Below, piece after piece: positions 1 through 13,603 of a DNA stretch of 64,000 nt. The notes beneath the pieces were generated by a model that worked only from the letters and a program-made list of their open reading frames with translations, made no database searches and was not told the origin of the DNA. The position numbers and the translations under genes are program-made. The stretch spans positions 73,284,001 to 73,348,000 of the forward strand of contig OZ024746.1 in NCBI GenBank assembly GCA_964016885.1, in the 5' to 3' direction. Numbering within the stretch: the stretch's first letter is position 1; each line of letters opens with the position of its first letter. The DNA is from Eledone cirrhosa. Its lineage: Eukaryota.

Positions 1-712
1 CGATGGGGGAACTGCCCCCGAGACGAATATCCCGGAGGTGCTCCGTGACTCGGTCCGCCAGGCGACGTCCCGTCTGTCCGACATTAGTCGCGAAGTCCGT
101 AGACTAGGTTGGAGGAGGTGCAGCGGAAGGCATGCCGGACCGAGAGAGAGTGGCCGTTGGGACCCTGGAAGGTGGTGGTGTTGGTGATGTGGGGACAGGT
201 GTTGCAACGGGGCCTAGAACAGGGGAAGGAACCGGGGGGGGGAACCAGAGCGTGGGTGGGGGTGGGGAGCTGTGGACGAGGAGGGTGCGGAGATTGCGTG
301 CGCGTTTGAAGGAGGCGAGTGGTGGGGTTGGGAAGATGTGGGAGGTGGAGGGGTCGGACTGGCGGCGTCGGAAGAGGCGGCGGATGGTGCGGTGGAGGGG
401 TAAGGTGGAGGGGTGGTAGGTGATGGGGAAGGGGAGACGGTGGGTGGGTGTGCGGTGGCGTGGGGTGAGGGTGGTGGAGCGGGAGATAGCACGGGCGCGG
501 GTGAGAGCGGTGTAGACGAGAGAGGGGGGTAACCTCTGCGGATGAAATGGCTGACTAGGGAAAGGGCCTGGGACTCGAAATCAGCATCACGGCTACAGAG
601 GCGGCGGATCCTGAGAAGTTGGGAGTAGGGAATGGAGAGTTTAGTGTGGGTGGGGTGGGAAGAGGTGAAGTCGAGGTAAGAGTGGGAGTCGGTGGGTTTG
701 AAGAAGGCGGAG
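1..712 (-). mobile_element. Penelope-like retroelement fragment (RT C-terminal region + GIY-YIG endonuclease), frameshifted, GC-rich
   Basis: Minus-strand translation gives FFKPTDSHSYLDFTSSHPTHTKLSIPYSQLLRIRRLCS...RRGYP (PLE RT C-terminus). After frameshifts it gives PCSRPRCNTCPHI...FRCTSSNLVYGL and NVGQTGRRLADRVTEHLRDIR (GIY-YIG). Confidence 0.9.
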
Positions 713-746
713 ATATATATATATAAAATAAATATATATTTAAAAA

Positions 747-1010
747 TCAGTACAAATCTTGAGAAGCTGGGCTTCACAAACAGAAACCGCATGTACAGAT
801 ACAATGCATATGCACATGCACACATATAACTCAAAACATACACATCACCACATAGATTAACATCCATACCTGAACACATATGCATGCAGACATGCATACA
901 TATCTACCTAGTTGATGTTGTCTAAATTCCAATGAGAGAGTCTTGTATCTATGTTAGAAACCAACTCTCTCTTTATTGGTAAACATTTATAAAATCATAA
1001 AACCAGAAGA

Positions 1011-1041
<31 letters not shown>

Positions 1042-1057
1042 ACCCCCCCCCCCCCCC

Positions 1058-1111
<54 letters not shown>

Positions 1112-1402
1112 GGGGTTGTGCGTGTGTGTGTGTGTGTGTTCTTCTGGTTTTATGATTTTATAAATGTTTACCAATAAAGAGAGATTGGTTTCTAACATAG
1201 ATACAAGACTCTCTCATTGGAATTTAGACAACATCAACTAGGTAGATATGTATGCATGTCTGCATGCATATGTGTGCAGGTATGGATGTTAATCTATGTG
1301 GTGATGTGTATGTTTTGAATTATATGTGTGCATGTGCATATGCATTGTATCTGTACATGCGGTTTCTGTTTGTGAAGCCCAGCTTCTCAAGATTTGTACT
1401 GA
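747..1402. repeat. Fold-back inverted duplication (~270 bp unique arms plus microsatellite) of an R4/Dong LINE 3' end, centred on (TA)n
   Basis: 747-~1060 is the reverse complement of ~1090-1402 with about 3 differences; the centre is (CA)n-Cn-(TA)n-Gn-(TG)n. Confidence 0.92.
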
Positions 1403-1532
1403 GGCAATTACTAGCATATCCCAGTGTCCCAATAATCACAGGTATAAATCTGAAGGTATAGTCAGGGTGTAGTGTCTGTAGATTTCTCATTAGTTCTGCA
1501 TAGATATTCTCCTTTTCGCTGATCTTTAATAT
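1138..1532 (-). mobile_element. R4/Dong-like RLE LINE 3' fragment
   Basis: Minus strand reads KISEKENIYAELMRNLQTLHPDYTFRFIPVIIGTLGYASNCLSTNLEKLGF, nearly identical to ORF 51310-51705, and ends in AAAACCAGAAGAA + microsatellite. Confidence 0.88.
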
Positions 1533-2244
1533 TATACAGCAAATTCCAGACTGGAATTTTTTGTCGAAACGGCAAGAGCTCGGCTGTCAGGCCCCGATTC
1601 TCTAATATATTCGCACTCTTCTATTCCAAGTATCGAGTCCTCTGTTGGATAATGGTCTTACTGGTTTAAAACTGGTTATTCTGATATATATGTATATCAT
1701 AGAGTCTGGAACAGCTGTTGAAACAGCAAGAGCTCAGCCGTCGGGTCCCGACTCTTTATAATATATATATGTGCTAGAAAAGCACCCAGCATAGCATGTC
1801 GTCAATTTCTCATGCATTACAAGTCTTTATTATCAAAATGGTTTAAGCTTAGTCGTCGGGCCAAGAATTCCTAAAACCGCACACATACACAATATACACA
1901 TAGACACAGAGACACAAGCTGGCATATACAAACATGCGCACATACCACAACACAAATATAGATAAAACACAAGCCAGATCCCTTTCCCACACATACGTGC
2001 ACACTGATTCACTTACGCACCGAAACTACACACTCATCGATAGCCAGACAAACGTGAGTCAGTCACATATACTTACATCTAGATCGATCACCTGAATGAT
2101 TAAAGTATTTATCGTTCTATAAAAGACTAAATATAATGAGAATGTAATATATTGCCTTCTATTTAAGATAATATTTTAGGTTTTATAACGCATTTTATCA
2201 ATCAGAGATGCGAGCAAACATATACGGTATAATTATTTAAATAA

Positions 2245-2350
2245 TCAAATCCCGCCGAGGTTGACTTTGCCTTTCATCCTTACGGGGTCGATAAAATAAA
2301 GTACCAGTAATGCACTGGGTAATTGCTGGCCTTGTGCCTAAAGTAGAAAC
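2245..2350 (+). mobile_element. 5'-truncated tRNA-derived SINE (Meta-type central domain) with target-site duplication
   Basis: Has the family core CCCGCCGAGGTTGACTTTGCCTTTCATCCTTACGGGGTCGATAAAATAAAGTACCAGT, flanked on both sides by aattatttaaataatcaaa. Confidence 0.88.
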
Positions 2351-2847
2351 AATTATTTAAATAATCAAAGAGAAAGGTGGAAGAAAAAAAATATTAATCA
2401 GAAACGAGAAGTTTAGTAGGAATGTAAGTGAGATGTTTTATGTGGCGGGGAAGAGTTGCAGATTCTAAAGAAGGGGAATTATTTAGTTATGTGGACAATG
2501 CGAGTGACGGAGTATAAAACAAAGTGAAAGGAATAAGACGAGTGTGGAAATAAGGAAAGCTGATGAGAGACGACTTTTCAATAAGCAAAGGCTATCAACA
2601 TTTGTTTATGCAGGTATTTGAAAGTGTAAAATTAATTTCAAATTAAAAATTACCGATTAGATTTGTAGTTAGGAGTCAGAATAACCTGAAGGCTGTTTTT
2701 CATAATTAAACATGTGGGTTAAAAACGGATATTAATACAGTTACTTAAATATTTAATGTTAAGAAATTTGGAAAGTTTCTATTAGCTTTGGCTTCAGAGC
2801 AAATATAGCTATGTGTAGATGTTTTATAACGTTAAGGGATCAAAGTC

Positions 2848-2923
<76 letters not shown>

Positions 2924-3057
2924 GGTGTTCGATGCTTAAAGCGTCCGTAAGCGGTAGGCCGTTTGAGCACTCGATGCTCTTACAGAGCAGAGTATGATAT
3001 CTCATAAGAAACGGAGAATCAGTGTTGCGACGAATAAACTCTGCTTCGTAGAATCGA

Positions 3058-3152
3058 GACGTATCTGAGGACCTTGCGATTTCAGAGTCAGGTTCGATCA
3101 TTGCATCGATCGTGCCTCGAGCTGGTCGCCAGAGAAACGATTGTAATATGTC
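3058..3152 (+). ncRNA. Type I hammerhead ribozyme motif with 62-nt helix II
   Basis: GACGTAT-CTGAGGA-[62 nt]-GAAAC-gatt-GTA-ATATGTC with a 7-bp helix I. It lies between ~42-bp inverted repeats (2997-3038 / 3161-3202) and (TA)n tracts. Confidence 0.75.
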
Positions 3153-3195
3153 TAATAAATTTTATTCGTCGCGACACTGATTCTCCGTTTCTTAT

Positions 3196-3287
<92 letters not shown>

Positions 3288-3433
3288 GGCGCAGATATGG
3301 CTGTTAGTTTAAGGAGTTCGCTTCAGTCCCATTACGCGACACCTTTGGGAAACTGTCTTCCACTATAGCCACGGGCTGACCAATAACTTGTGTGTGGAAT
3401 TCAGTGGGCGGAAACTGCAGAAGTCCGTCGTAT
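3288..3433 (+). mobile_element. tRNA-derived CORE-type SINE
   Basis: tRNA-like head followed by CACCTTTGGGAAACTGTCTTCCACTATAGCC; related to copies at 3445, 25025 and 52730. Confidence 0.65.
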
Positions 3434-3444
3434 AGTTAGAAAGT

Positions 3445-3760
3445 TTAACCGAATGCTTAAGAACTTAGCTTCACAGTAATTAGGTCTCGGGGTCGATCCC
3501 ACTGTGTAGCTCCTCAAGCAAGTGTCATTTACCATAGGCTCGTGTTGACCCAAGACTTATGAGAGAATTTGTGTAGACGGAGAATGTTTCAAGACCCATC
3601 TGATAGACTGTGCCTATTATTTAAAGAGCCAGTCTTGTTTCACAGTGTCACATTGAATCTCAAGGAAAGTTCGGTCACTCGCAGGTTAATTTCATGAGCA
3701 GGCTGCTCCCCTGATTGAACAACTGAAACACTCGTCGTTGAAACTGACATAAGTCCTTTT
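3445..3760 (+). mobile_element. tRNA-derived CORE-type SINE, degenerate
   Basis: Head ...GGGGTCGATCCC... then CAAGCAAGTGTCATTTACCATAGG; tail shared with 33726-34158 and 52730-52960. Confidence 0.6.
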
Positions 3761-3768
3761 CACAATGA

Positions 3769-3859
<91 letters not shown>

Positions 3860-5638
3860 AATTCTATATATAATGCATTTTGACAGATAGGTTCACTTAC
3901 ACAATGAAACCTTAAAATGAATACTTTGCATGCGTACTCGAGAATGCTGAATGGAAAAAACTACCTTACCATCACTTTAAATTGAACTATTTGATATTTG
4001 TGGTAATTATATGGTGTATTATGCACTTACATTTTCATTAAAGAACAACGTACTAAAGTCTTTCTTCTTCCACCAACCGTCTTTTCTCTCTTCCTTACCA
4101 TTCACTGATTCTTAATTCTTAATTATTTATTATTCTTTCTCTCTCTTCTAAAGTTATTAACTATAACATTTGTCTAGCGTTTCGTGCCGAGTCTGAAGGA
4201 ATATTAAAAATAATTTCATTTGACAAGCAAGTTTGTCTCAAAAGGGTTAAATTAATAGTTTAAAAAGAAAACAAAATTATTGAAGGGATGCCTGCGCCGT
4301 ACAGGCTATGCTTTATGATCTCGCCGAGAGCAGCATGGGTTGGAGGCGGCCAGTACTATAACGACATGACATTGCGGGTAAGACCGAAAGAATCCATAGT
4401 GGAAACTCAGTGGTATTTGTGAGGCTCACAGGCCCGGAGGCCAAGCCTCGGGGAAACACTAATGATTCATTTGAAATGTATCGTGCAGGATCTGACGTTT
4501 AGTTTTATTCAAACGCAATAAAAGTGTATCCATTATAGCTAAGTAAAACATGTAATTGCGATGAAACTTCAAACTGAACTCTGCCTGGCGTAATCAAAAA
4601 TGTATTGATAATAGACCTTTATAGCCAGTATACAAGCAGTTTACAAGCAGTATTATCCGACGTAGCTCAAGAAAGAGAAGGCTGTCGGGAGAAAATTTCT
4701 TGGTAAAGAATAATGGCAATTCTTCATTGGTTCAAATGATATCATATATCATTTGAATAATTATGTATTTCTGACATGGTTTAATAAAGTCTAAAAAATA
4801 TATATATTTATTTATTTGGGAAAGGGGATTTCCAAAACATGACATACTACAAACAAAGGGTGCTTCTTCGTTTCTGGGGCTTCCTGAAGATGAAATTTAG
4901 AAGATTTCACAAGTGAGAAAGAAAAATTTAAATGATAGTTATATTAAAACGTAAAAGTATTTGCATTTGCACATGTATATACAAAGCTGACAACGACTTG
5001 CAAAACATTCAATGTGACGGTACTTCATCATTTCCATTCGATCCTGAGATTAAAACTATTGGCCTAACGAATCTAGTGAGCACCGAAAAGGGAAAAGAAA
5101 ATATTTAAAAAAAAAATGAAAATGTATCTTTTTTTTTTTACACATTAAGTTTAAAGTTGTGCATACATCAGTCAATTTTTTTAAACCATCAAACATATAA
5201 AAGGGAATTTTAAGAGATAAACAATTAGATAAGAAACTTCTTTATTTCCAACGATCTCCACAAAAGAAGCCTTCCTGCAATGTATTCCAATTTATTCAAA
5301 TGTCTATAATTTCCTTTTATATAAAACGAAATTCTTAGATTATTTCTCACTGTTGTATGTATGTACGACGTTAAACTTAGTTTGAGGGAAAAACCATTTG
5401 TTTAGTGTTATTTTCTCTCTAAAACCAGTGAAAGAATGACCGAATACATGTGTGCGTGTGTGTGTGTGTGGTGTGTGGTGTGGTGTGTGGGTGTGTGGTG
5501 TGTGTATGTGTGCGGTGTGTGTGTGTGTGTGTGTGTATGTGTGTGTGTGTGTGTGTGTGTATCTAGATATGTATGAATATAATAAGAATTATTGGTCAAA
5601 ATACATTGAAATAATATATTCTGAAGCAAAAATAAAGT

Positions 5639-5685
<47 letters not shown>

Positions 5686-6173
5686 TCGTAGACGAATTGT
5701 CCCCCTAAATTTTAGAAGTGTAAATAGATCAAAATAAATATGAATACCACTGGGACACGCATACGTATTTCTGTCATCTATTTGTCCGTGTAAACAGTCC
5801 AACTACCAGACAGAATTGAATTATGGGCGGCTCAAGTTTATCTGTATTAAATATACTGTTGGCAGTGAAGTGACGAGAGATTAGAATTTCTTGAAACGTC
5901 ATAGATATTCGACCCAACTCTATTCAGTGGTAGTTAATCCACAGAAATTCCATCAACTAATAATGGGAAAGCATTATTTTGCGGTGATAAATTCATAATT
6001 ATTGGTCAAAATACATTATTAAGACAATGAATTCCGAAGTAGGTAAATTCATGTCCCTGTGGTATTTATATTTATTTTGATATGTTTACACTATAAGCAG
6101 TACTTCGGCCAGTTACATAGACACACACGGACTCGCACATACACACAACTATATATAGAGACACACAGACACG

Positions 6174-6231
<58 letters not shown>

Positions 6232-6460
6232 TTTTCGAAACTATCGGAGCGTTAAGTAGATTGGATGGAATTCTTATAAAACGTAGAACTCTCAAAGGCA
6301 GGAAATTGCTGCCCCAGCTAGTGGTGGTGCCCTAGCCTCGCTTCATATATACACACAAAGCGATATACTTCAGATGAATCACTATGAAATATGTAATAAA
6401 GAAATTATTGCGAAAGCCGATAAAATGCGTATAAGAAATATAAAGATAGAACTATAATAT

Positions 6461-6647
6461 AATTGTTTCTACTTTTAGGCACAAGGCCTGCAATTACCCA
6501 GTACATTACTGGTACTTTATTTTATCGAGCCCGTAAGGATGAAAGGCAAAGTTAACCTCGGCGGGATTTGAACTCAGATCGTAAGGGGACGTAACTGTGC
6601 TGGAAAGCATGTCCGACCCTCTACCGATACTGCCAATTCACCGCCAT
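6461..6647 (-). mobile_element. Full-length Meta-type tRNA SINE with TSD
   Basis: Reverse strand has A/B-box head (TGGCAGTATCGG...GTTCAAATCC) and the family core; actataatataat occurs on both flanks. Confidence 0.9.
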
Positions 6648-6680
6648 TTATACTATAATATAATAAGGACAAAATAAAAC

Positions 6681-6828
6681 AATATTGTTACTCTGTATTG
6701 TTGGTGATATTTCAAGGTTAGAAACGTCTTTTCAAATGGCGAACGAAGAAAAACGGATCCTCTTCTTCCTGTGATCTTGAAAAGAAGGTTATAACCCTGA
6801 AATAAGAAATATTTAGAGTAACAATATT
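6681..6828 (+). ncRNA. Degenerate hammerhead-like motif with ~98-nt helix II
   Basis: Helix I aatattgttactc/gagtaacaatatt (13 bp), helix II tatttcaaggtta/taaccctgaaata, GAAA-tat-TTA. The core is degenerate (TTGGTGA) and displaced by 7 nt. Confidence 0.45.
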
Positions 6829-6906
6829 ATTTTGTTTTGTCACTTTAGTTCCATCTTTATATTTCCGATTTGCGATGTACCGGGTTTTCTTATACTTTCT
6901 TTACAT

Positions 6907-7021
<115 letters not shown>

Positions 7022-7049
7022 AAGAAAAAAGAAAACAGATTTCACATTC

Positions 7050-7278
7050 AGGTTTTTATTCATTAGGCTCAGTTACGAACGTTTCACAGATGGGTGGCTC
7101 AGGATCCATATCTGGTCATCAGACTTGTTAAACGAGCAAAACCAGAATCTCATCTGGTTTTCTTGATTAACATGTCTGATGAGCAGGCTGGGACTGGAGT
7201 CGGGTCTATAACACTTAAATGGATCCCAAGCCTCCCATTTGTAAAACGTTCGTAACTGAACCTAATCAATAAAAACCT
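7050..7278. mobile_element. Palindromic PLE-derived mini-element with a hammerhead motif on each strand
   Basis: Imperfect inverted repeat. Minus HHR 7071-7125: agt-CTGATGA-...-GAAAC-gttc-GTA-act. Plus HHR 7173-7257: CTGATGA-...-AAAAC-gttc-GTA, with G12 mutated. Confidence 0.7.
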
Positions 7279-7377
7279 CGTTTGTTCTTTTTAATATATA
7301 CACTCTGGTATAGCATAGAGTGCCAATATTGGTACATTTCCCAGTAAACTACAAATCTATGCATCACCTAATATATA

Positions 7378-7499
<122 letters not shown>

Positions 7500-7593
7500 G
7501 AAAGTGAGTGAGAGAGAGAGAGAGAGAGAGAGAGTGAGACAGAGCGAGTGAGAGAGAGAGCGAGAGAGAGAGAGAGAGATAGAGACAGAGAAT

Positions 7594-7686
7594 GCATAAG
7601 CCTGATGAACTATCTATTCTAGAGTCGGACGAAATCACTACCGATCGTACCTTGAGCTGATCGATCTCGAAACGCGCGTCATATGT
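7594..7686 (+). ncRNA. Hammerhead motif, same family as 3058-3152
   Basis: CTGATGA-[60 nt]-GAAAC-gcgc-GTC-atatgt. The helix II insert resembles that at 3072-3133 (agagtc...gatcgt.cct.gagctg.tcg); helix I is eroded. Confidence 0.6.
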
Positions 7687-7739
7687 GAATAAACATAACG
7701 ATGCTTCATTCCTGCTTATTATTATTAATATTATGTATA

Positions 7740-8062
7740 GGGCGGTGGATTGGCAGTATTGGTAGAGGGTCGGACGCGATCCTTTGCAATATAGAGTTAC
7801 GACCCTTTATGATCCGAGTTCAAATCCCGCCGAGGTTTACTTTGCCTTTCATCCTTACAATGTCGATAAAATAAAGTACCTGTCACGATTTAATCGACTT
7901 TCCCCTCCCCCCAAATTGTTGGCCTTGGGCCTATATAAGAAACCATTATTAATATTATCCCGCCGAGGTTAACTTTGCCTTTCATCCTTACGGGGTCGAT
8001 AAAATAAAGTACCAGTAATACACTGGGTATTTGCTGGCCTTGTGCCTAACGTAGAAACAATT
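7740..8062 (+). mobile_element. Two tandem Meta-type SINEs (full-length 7740-7946, truncated 7958-8062)
   Basis: Both contain the family core; attattaatattat recurs at the junctions. Confidence 0.88.
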
Positions 8063-8080
8063 ATTAATATTATGTATACT

Positions 8081-8112
<32 letters not shown>

Positions 8113-8127
8113 CGTGTGCGTGTGCGT

Positions 8128-8173
<46 letters not shown>

Positions 8174-11100
8174 AATTCAAGAATAAACATGGCAAACACA
8201 GACATTAGGTTGACGCGTGGGAAGAAGTAAAGGATGGCTTCAACGTATCTCACATGTCCTTCTTCAGAAAATGACAAAGTTCGGAGAGATAGTGAGAAGA
8301 CTGGAACAACGGAGGCTGGAAGTTTTGAAAAAATATTTTAAGATGGTCTGGAGATGCTAGGCAAGTAGTCTGGCGTGCGTAGGCAGGGGGCGAGGCGGGG
8401 AATCCAGATATGGGTGTTGCTGTTACATCTATGCAGATGGAGTGTTTTTTGTAGGTATGAATTATTGCTTCCGTGTGTGTATGTTATGTGTATGTATATA
8501 TATATATATATATATAGAAAGAGAGAGAGAGAGAGAGAGAGAGGTGGAGAGAAGATTCGTATAGTACTTGACAGCAGCTAGCTAGATTGTCTTTGATTGA
8601 TGACCAATCAAATGCAACACTGTTATGGTTTTACGAAGGCTGAAGAAGACATCGATAAGTACTTTTATTTCTAAAGAATCGTTTAGATTATTTAATTGTA
8701 CAACGGTTTCAATGAACCAATATGTTCATTTTAAGAAAATGTAATGAAACATTGATTGACTCTTTGCAGACCTGTAACCTACGACGCTGTTATTCAATAT
8801 ATTTAACATAAAAACAATAAAGAAACTTTTATTTAGAGGAAAACTAGTAAATAACTAATTGCTGTACATATAGCTAGACATCCCCTGCCATATTTACCGA
8901 GATGTACATGTAGCTAGTCATTCCCTGCCATATTTACTGAGATAGCTGTACAACACGTAAGAAGTGATACAAATATAGAGACATTATAGAATAAAGAAAG
9001 AAAGAATGAAGGAAAGAAAGAAAGAAGAAAAGAAAGAAAGAAAAAGAGAAAAAAGCAAAGAAAGATAAAACAAAAGGAAAGAATAAAGAATTTAAGAAAG
9101 AAAAGAAGAGACATAAAGATAGAATGAAAAGAATGGTTTTGGTCACTAAATACCTAATCAAAAAGGTATTAACAAAATTTTCTCTGAAAGTTATAAATGA
9201 TATTCAATATATGCCAGACAATCGTTGAGATGGACAGAAGAAATGTAGTTTGAATTATTGCTATAGATAAGATTGTATAGCAATATTACTGTGAATAACT
9301 AGATACGGAAGGATATATGTTATGAAAGATCGCACACTCAAGATCGTATGGGCAATATAAGGAGGGGTGGGGTTATATAATAGTATCCTGTTATAATAGC
9401 AGTTTATGCTATCATTCCATTTGCGCAGTTTCACATTTCTTTATGTTGAATCACAATTGGCTTTATCATTGCTTACAGTAACATCGATTCTAGCCACATA
9501 TTTATTTATCCATTTTTTATGGCTTAGTCAAACAGGAGACAGAGCGGAGCCCATGAATTTTCCAATGTCTCTCGAAACTGGTGAAAGCAAATGAGGAGTT
9601 ATCCTGAGAACGTAGGCCTATAATAAAATATGACTATAATAAAATGGACTCTACTAAATGCCCCTACGGACCTAGTGGCAGTGTTAAACTGGTTGACTTA
9701 TTAAATCTATCAATCCTAAAAGCAGAAACTAGTTTCCACATATTTTCCTTCTATCAAATTTTACTCACAATGCTTTATTCGACCCAAAATTACAACAGCG
9801 TACATTTAAAGTACCACTTAGTAGGATCGAACTCTAAAGAACATAGTTGCAAAGACAGCATTGCAAATGCCAGCTTCTCTGCTATGTATATTATTGTTGT
9901 TTTTTCTTTCAAAATAGTTTAAAATTGTGATACACGAGATTATTGGTCAAATATTATTTCAGTATGTCACGTGAGCTAATGAAAATATAGTTTTAGAGTA
10001 GGCGTGTTTTAGCAACTCCCTTCCTTGGTTAACCTCGATGAACCAGAACTACTATTAAAAGCGTTTAAGTCATGAACATCCTATCTTTTTCCGGGCCAGA
10101 GGGATATCTATGAATACATTTTTATCTAATGTAGCAGAATATAATTACTGTAAGTGGTTGGATGTCCACCCTAGGTATATGAGCAGTGATTTTTTGTTCA
10201 CATATGTACGTTGTAGAAAGTCAATAATTCTTTAGTATTGAAGTATTCCTAACCCTGGAGAGGAAGAGCATCCTCTATGTAGAGAGTTTGGTCATACTAT
10301 AGATGTCTGAACACTATGAGAGAGTTTTGCCTGTAGAAGCTGGTTTGTAATTTACGTGCATCCGTAAATATATAGAATTAGAAATATCAAATGAGACAAT
10401 AATCACCATATTGAAGTTTATCAGTTTCATGTAACTAAACAAACTAAAGCAGTCCATCTCTTTGTGTTCATTCTATCTGCAAAAACTAGTAAACAAGTTC
10501 CCTTTTAACAACACGGTACTGCCTTAAAAGGGGACACATTGGGTAATGTAATTCAAATTACTGAAGAAAATATAGGAAGTTCATGAATTGATGTTCGTGC
10601 TTGGTCTGAGGCAACCTAATGCTAAACAACAACTAAACGAAACATTTCTCTTAAATGCCTTGTATTTAACAGAAGGTAGATTTACAAATGCATTGTTGAT
10701 GTTTTGTTTAATTTTTCTTTTCCTTGTTTTATTTTTTCAAGTGCATTAGTAATAAAATTGAAAAGAAATAGTTCTTCCTGAAAACAGCCAATCTCTCCAT
10801 ATTGGCAAGAACACACTACTTGTATCCGACACTCTCCTCTATAATGAATTGCTTTTGTTATAGCCAAAGCACAAAACAAATACGATTTATCCACATTCGT
10901 AACACGAGTTAAACGAAGGAAAGATTTACACTGACCTCCAATATATCTTTATCAATTATCTCTGATTGAGAATAATCAAGTAGCAGAAATCCCTTGCGGT
11001 ATTTACTTTTGTACTTTTCCGATTAGAGTTGAACCTTAATCGGAATCAACATTACTTTTCATTCCACCGGAGGTCGATAATATAAAGTATCAATACGATA

Positions 11101-11399
11101 CTGGCGCTGTATCAATGTACATCCTTGCTCTGGTATTTCATGTGAAATATTTGGCTGGTAGTTTGAAGTTAAACATTTATTAAATAATAACATTCACCCG
11201 CTCATTGGCTTCTATCCTTACAACCTATAAATCAGTTCCTATAAACTTTCCTATACTTTCTATCACATAATCTCTAAAAACTCAACCATGGTGATCGTAT
11301 GAGTGAAGCCAATAAAAACAGTTTATAATCAACAAAATAATATCCACTTTATATGTGTGTACTTCTGTAATCGCTGCAGATAAGAACATATATAGTTTA

Positions 11400-11720
11400 T
11401 TCTTATACAGAAACCATGTATTATGACAGGTGCAGCTTGAAAAAGTCTGTCTCCCTCATATTTAGAGCGGGTTGGTAGTTGGGTTTATGGAGTGTGAGTC
11501 TTGAAATATAGATGATGTCTAAGGTAGGAATTATGAATGGTGTCCTGGTTCTAGTATGGACATTTCGTTTGTAATTGGCTTTGTTTTAATGAGTATAATA
11601 GTCACAAGTTTGGCTTTCGGTGGTTTTATCCTCGGGATGTTCTGTTTATTGTTGGCTTTGTTTTCGGAGTGTATTATTTACGTATAAGGGCATTCAGCGA
11701 TTACTTTGCATTTGTTTCAA
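11400..11720 (-). pseudogene. Possible highly decayed Naiad-type PLE RT N-terminal remnant
   Basis: Minus frame RLTLHKPNYQPALNMR resembles the ITLKDHKPNF..NP..R motif; otherwise degenerate. Confidence 0.3.
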
Positions 11721-12985
11721 ACGTAACTACGTTCAGATTTAGTTCTTTGATGGTCCTATTTGATTATTTAAATACATATATATATGTACGTATGCATGTA
11801 TGTATTTATGTACTTATGTATTATGTGTGCTTGTATATAATATATTTGCATAATATAATATATATTAGGAAATCTCATCGAAATTTAATGTAGGCATAGC
11901 TAATGTTAATCGTAAGCCTTTCTGCGAAAACGTAAACAAAGTTGAAAACATTTTGTTTTTCCCTTCGTGCGCCAGAAAAATACAGAGATTGCCTTTTCAC
12001 TTTTCACAGCCATGCATTTCTGCTTACGAAGAGCACTCATAACAAATCACTATTTATATCAAACATAAACCAGGACTTAAATAAATGAGCAGTCTAATTT
12101 CTGAAACGTGCATTCGTTGTCGGCGTAATTGTAAAGGAAATCCCTGAGTTATTTCTTTGTACGAAAAAGATAGTAATTTCTTCTTTACATGTTTCTGTTT
12201 GAGGCATATTATATAAAAAATTTATTTATACTTACATTGAAATTTATCTCAGGTTTTAAAGTCTATGTTGTATTATGACTAAATATTTATTGCTTCCTTG
12301 ATTAACAATTTCTTCGATTTTGAATTGTGCATACTTCATATTCAGCTCTACCGATTCTATCAGCCCCTCTCACCCTATTAGAAATATTGATATATTTTGA
12401 TAGATCACTGACTGGCCTCGTGCCACAAGTAGTCAGGTACTCTGACATGTTTGTCTCTTATCTTCTCGTTTCCTATATTCTATATATCGCACCGGGGCAC
12501 CAGAAACATCATCCCTCGAGAATAACTTTCCTGGGGGCTTTTTTGTTTTTTTTTAACTGCAGCCTTCAAATCAGGTGCAATACAAAGTAGTCAATTACAT
12601 TTTTTTTTTTTGTTTTAGAAATGTAAATTTTACGTTCTTCCCATCGTTCTGATTATATAATTATATCGAAGTCAAATTTTCTTCGTTCATGCCACACGTC
12701 GATAGCAGAAGTAATAACAGACAGTAAAAATACGAAAAGAAAAAAAATGAATGAATATATAAAAATAAAAAAAGAATACCGAACCGAAAAGCAGCATCGT
12801 AAGCAAGATGTAATGAAAGATAACTTGAGATTGTGGCAGTTCTCGTGTATTTCAAGAACAGCAATAATTTAAACCAAATATAGGAATAAAACCGTGTGTA
12901 AAAATGTGCAATATTTGCGTGCAGATAAACACACATACACACACACACACACACAAAAGAGTATATATATGTGTGCATCTCTCTT

Positions 12986-13044
<59 letters not shown>

Positions 13045-13072
13045 ATATATATTGTTATACTTCAGAAACGAA

Positions 13073-13157
<85 letters not shown>

Positions 13158-13292
13158 GAGAACAATGTAGTTTGGCAATGAATAATTGAAGTTAGGAGAA
13201 CACACAATTTCTGAAAAGTGTTTGTGGTATATCGATATTTCTTATACTAACTATGGAGAAATAGGTGCAATGGCTTCGTTAATCGTCTGTTT

Positions 13293-13375
<83 letters not shown>

Positions 13376-13404
13376 GATTTTTGTGTTGATCTAAGTTAAA
13401 TAAA

Positions 13405-13469
13405 TGTCTCTGATAAAAGTCTCAAAAGCCCCTGAGAATACCTCGTACATATAGAAAGCAAATAAGACA
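13405..13469 (+). ncRNA. Degenerate hammerhead motif
   Basis: tgtct-CTGATAA-...-GAAA-gcaa-ATA-agaca, with a 5-bp helix I and a G8->A change; lies between (TA)n tracts. Confidence 0.4.
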
Positions 13470-13518
13470 GATTTAGTACTTAATTAATCTATTGTTTTAC
13501 GATCGGTTCAACTAGCCG

Positions 13519-13554
<36 letters not shown>

Positions 13555-13603
13555 CAAATTATAAAATAAGAAGTAATAGACACAGATGTATACCTATTTT
13601 TTC

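Noticed and set aside
214-897. 227-aa Pro/Ser-rich ORF as a gene
   Set aside because: It is a chimeric frame: antisense LINE 3' UTR fused to PLE RT, then out of frame after a frameshift.
4880-4903. Ultra-minimal hammerhead cttc-CTGAAGA-t-GAAA-ttta-gaag
   Set aside because: No room for helix II or III; could arise by chance.
9524-9577. Possible minus-strand terminal exon (tttgctttcaccag | FRETLENSWAPLCLLFD*)
   Set aside because: Only a plausible acceptor site; no recognisable homology or partner exons.
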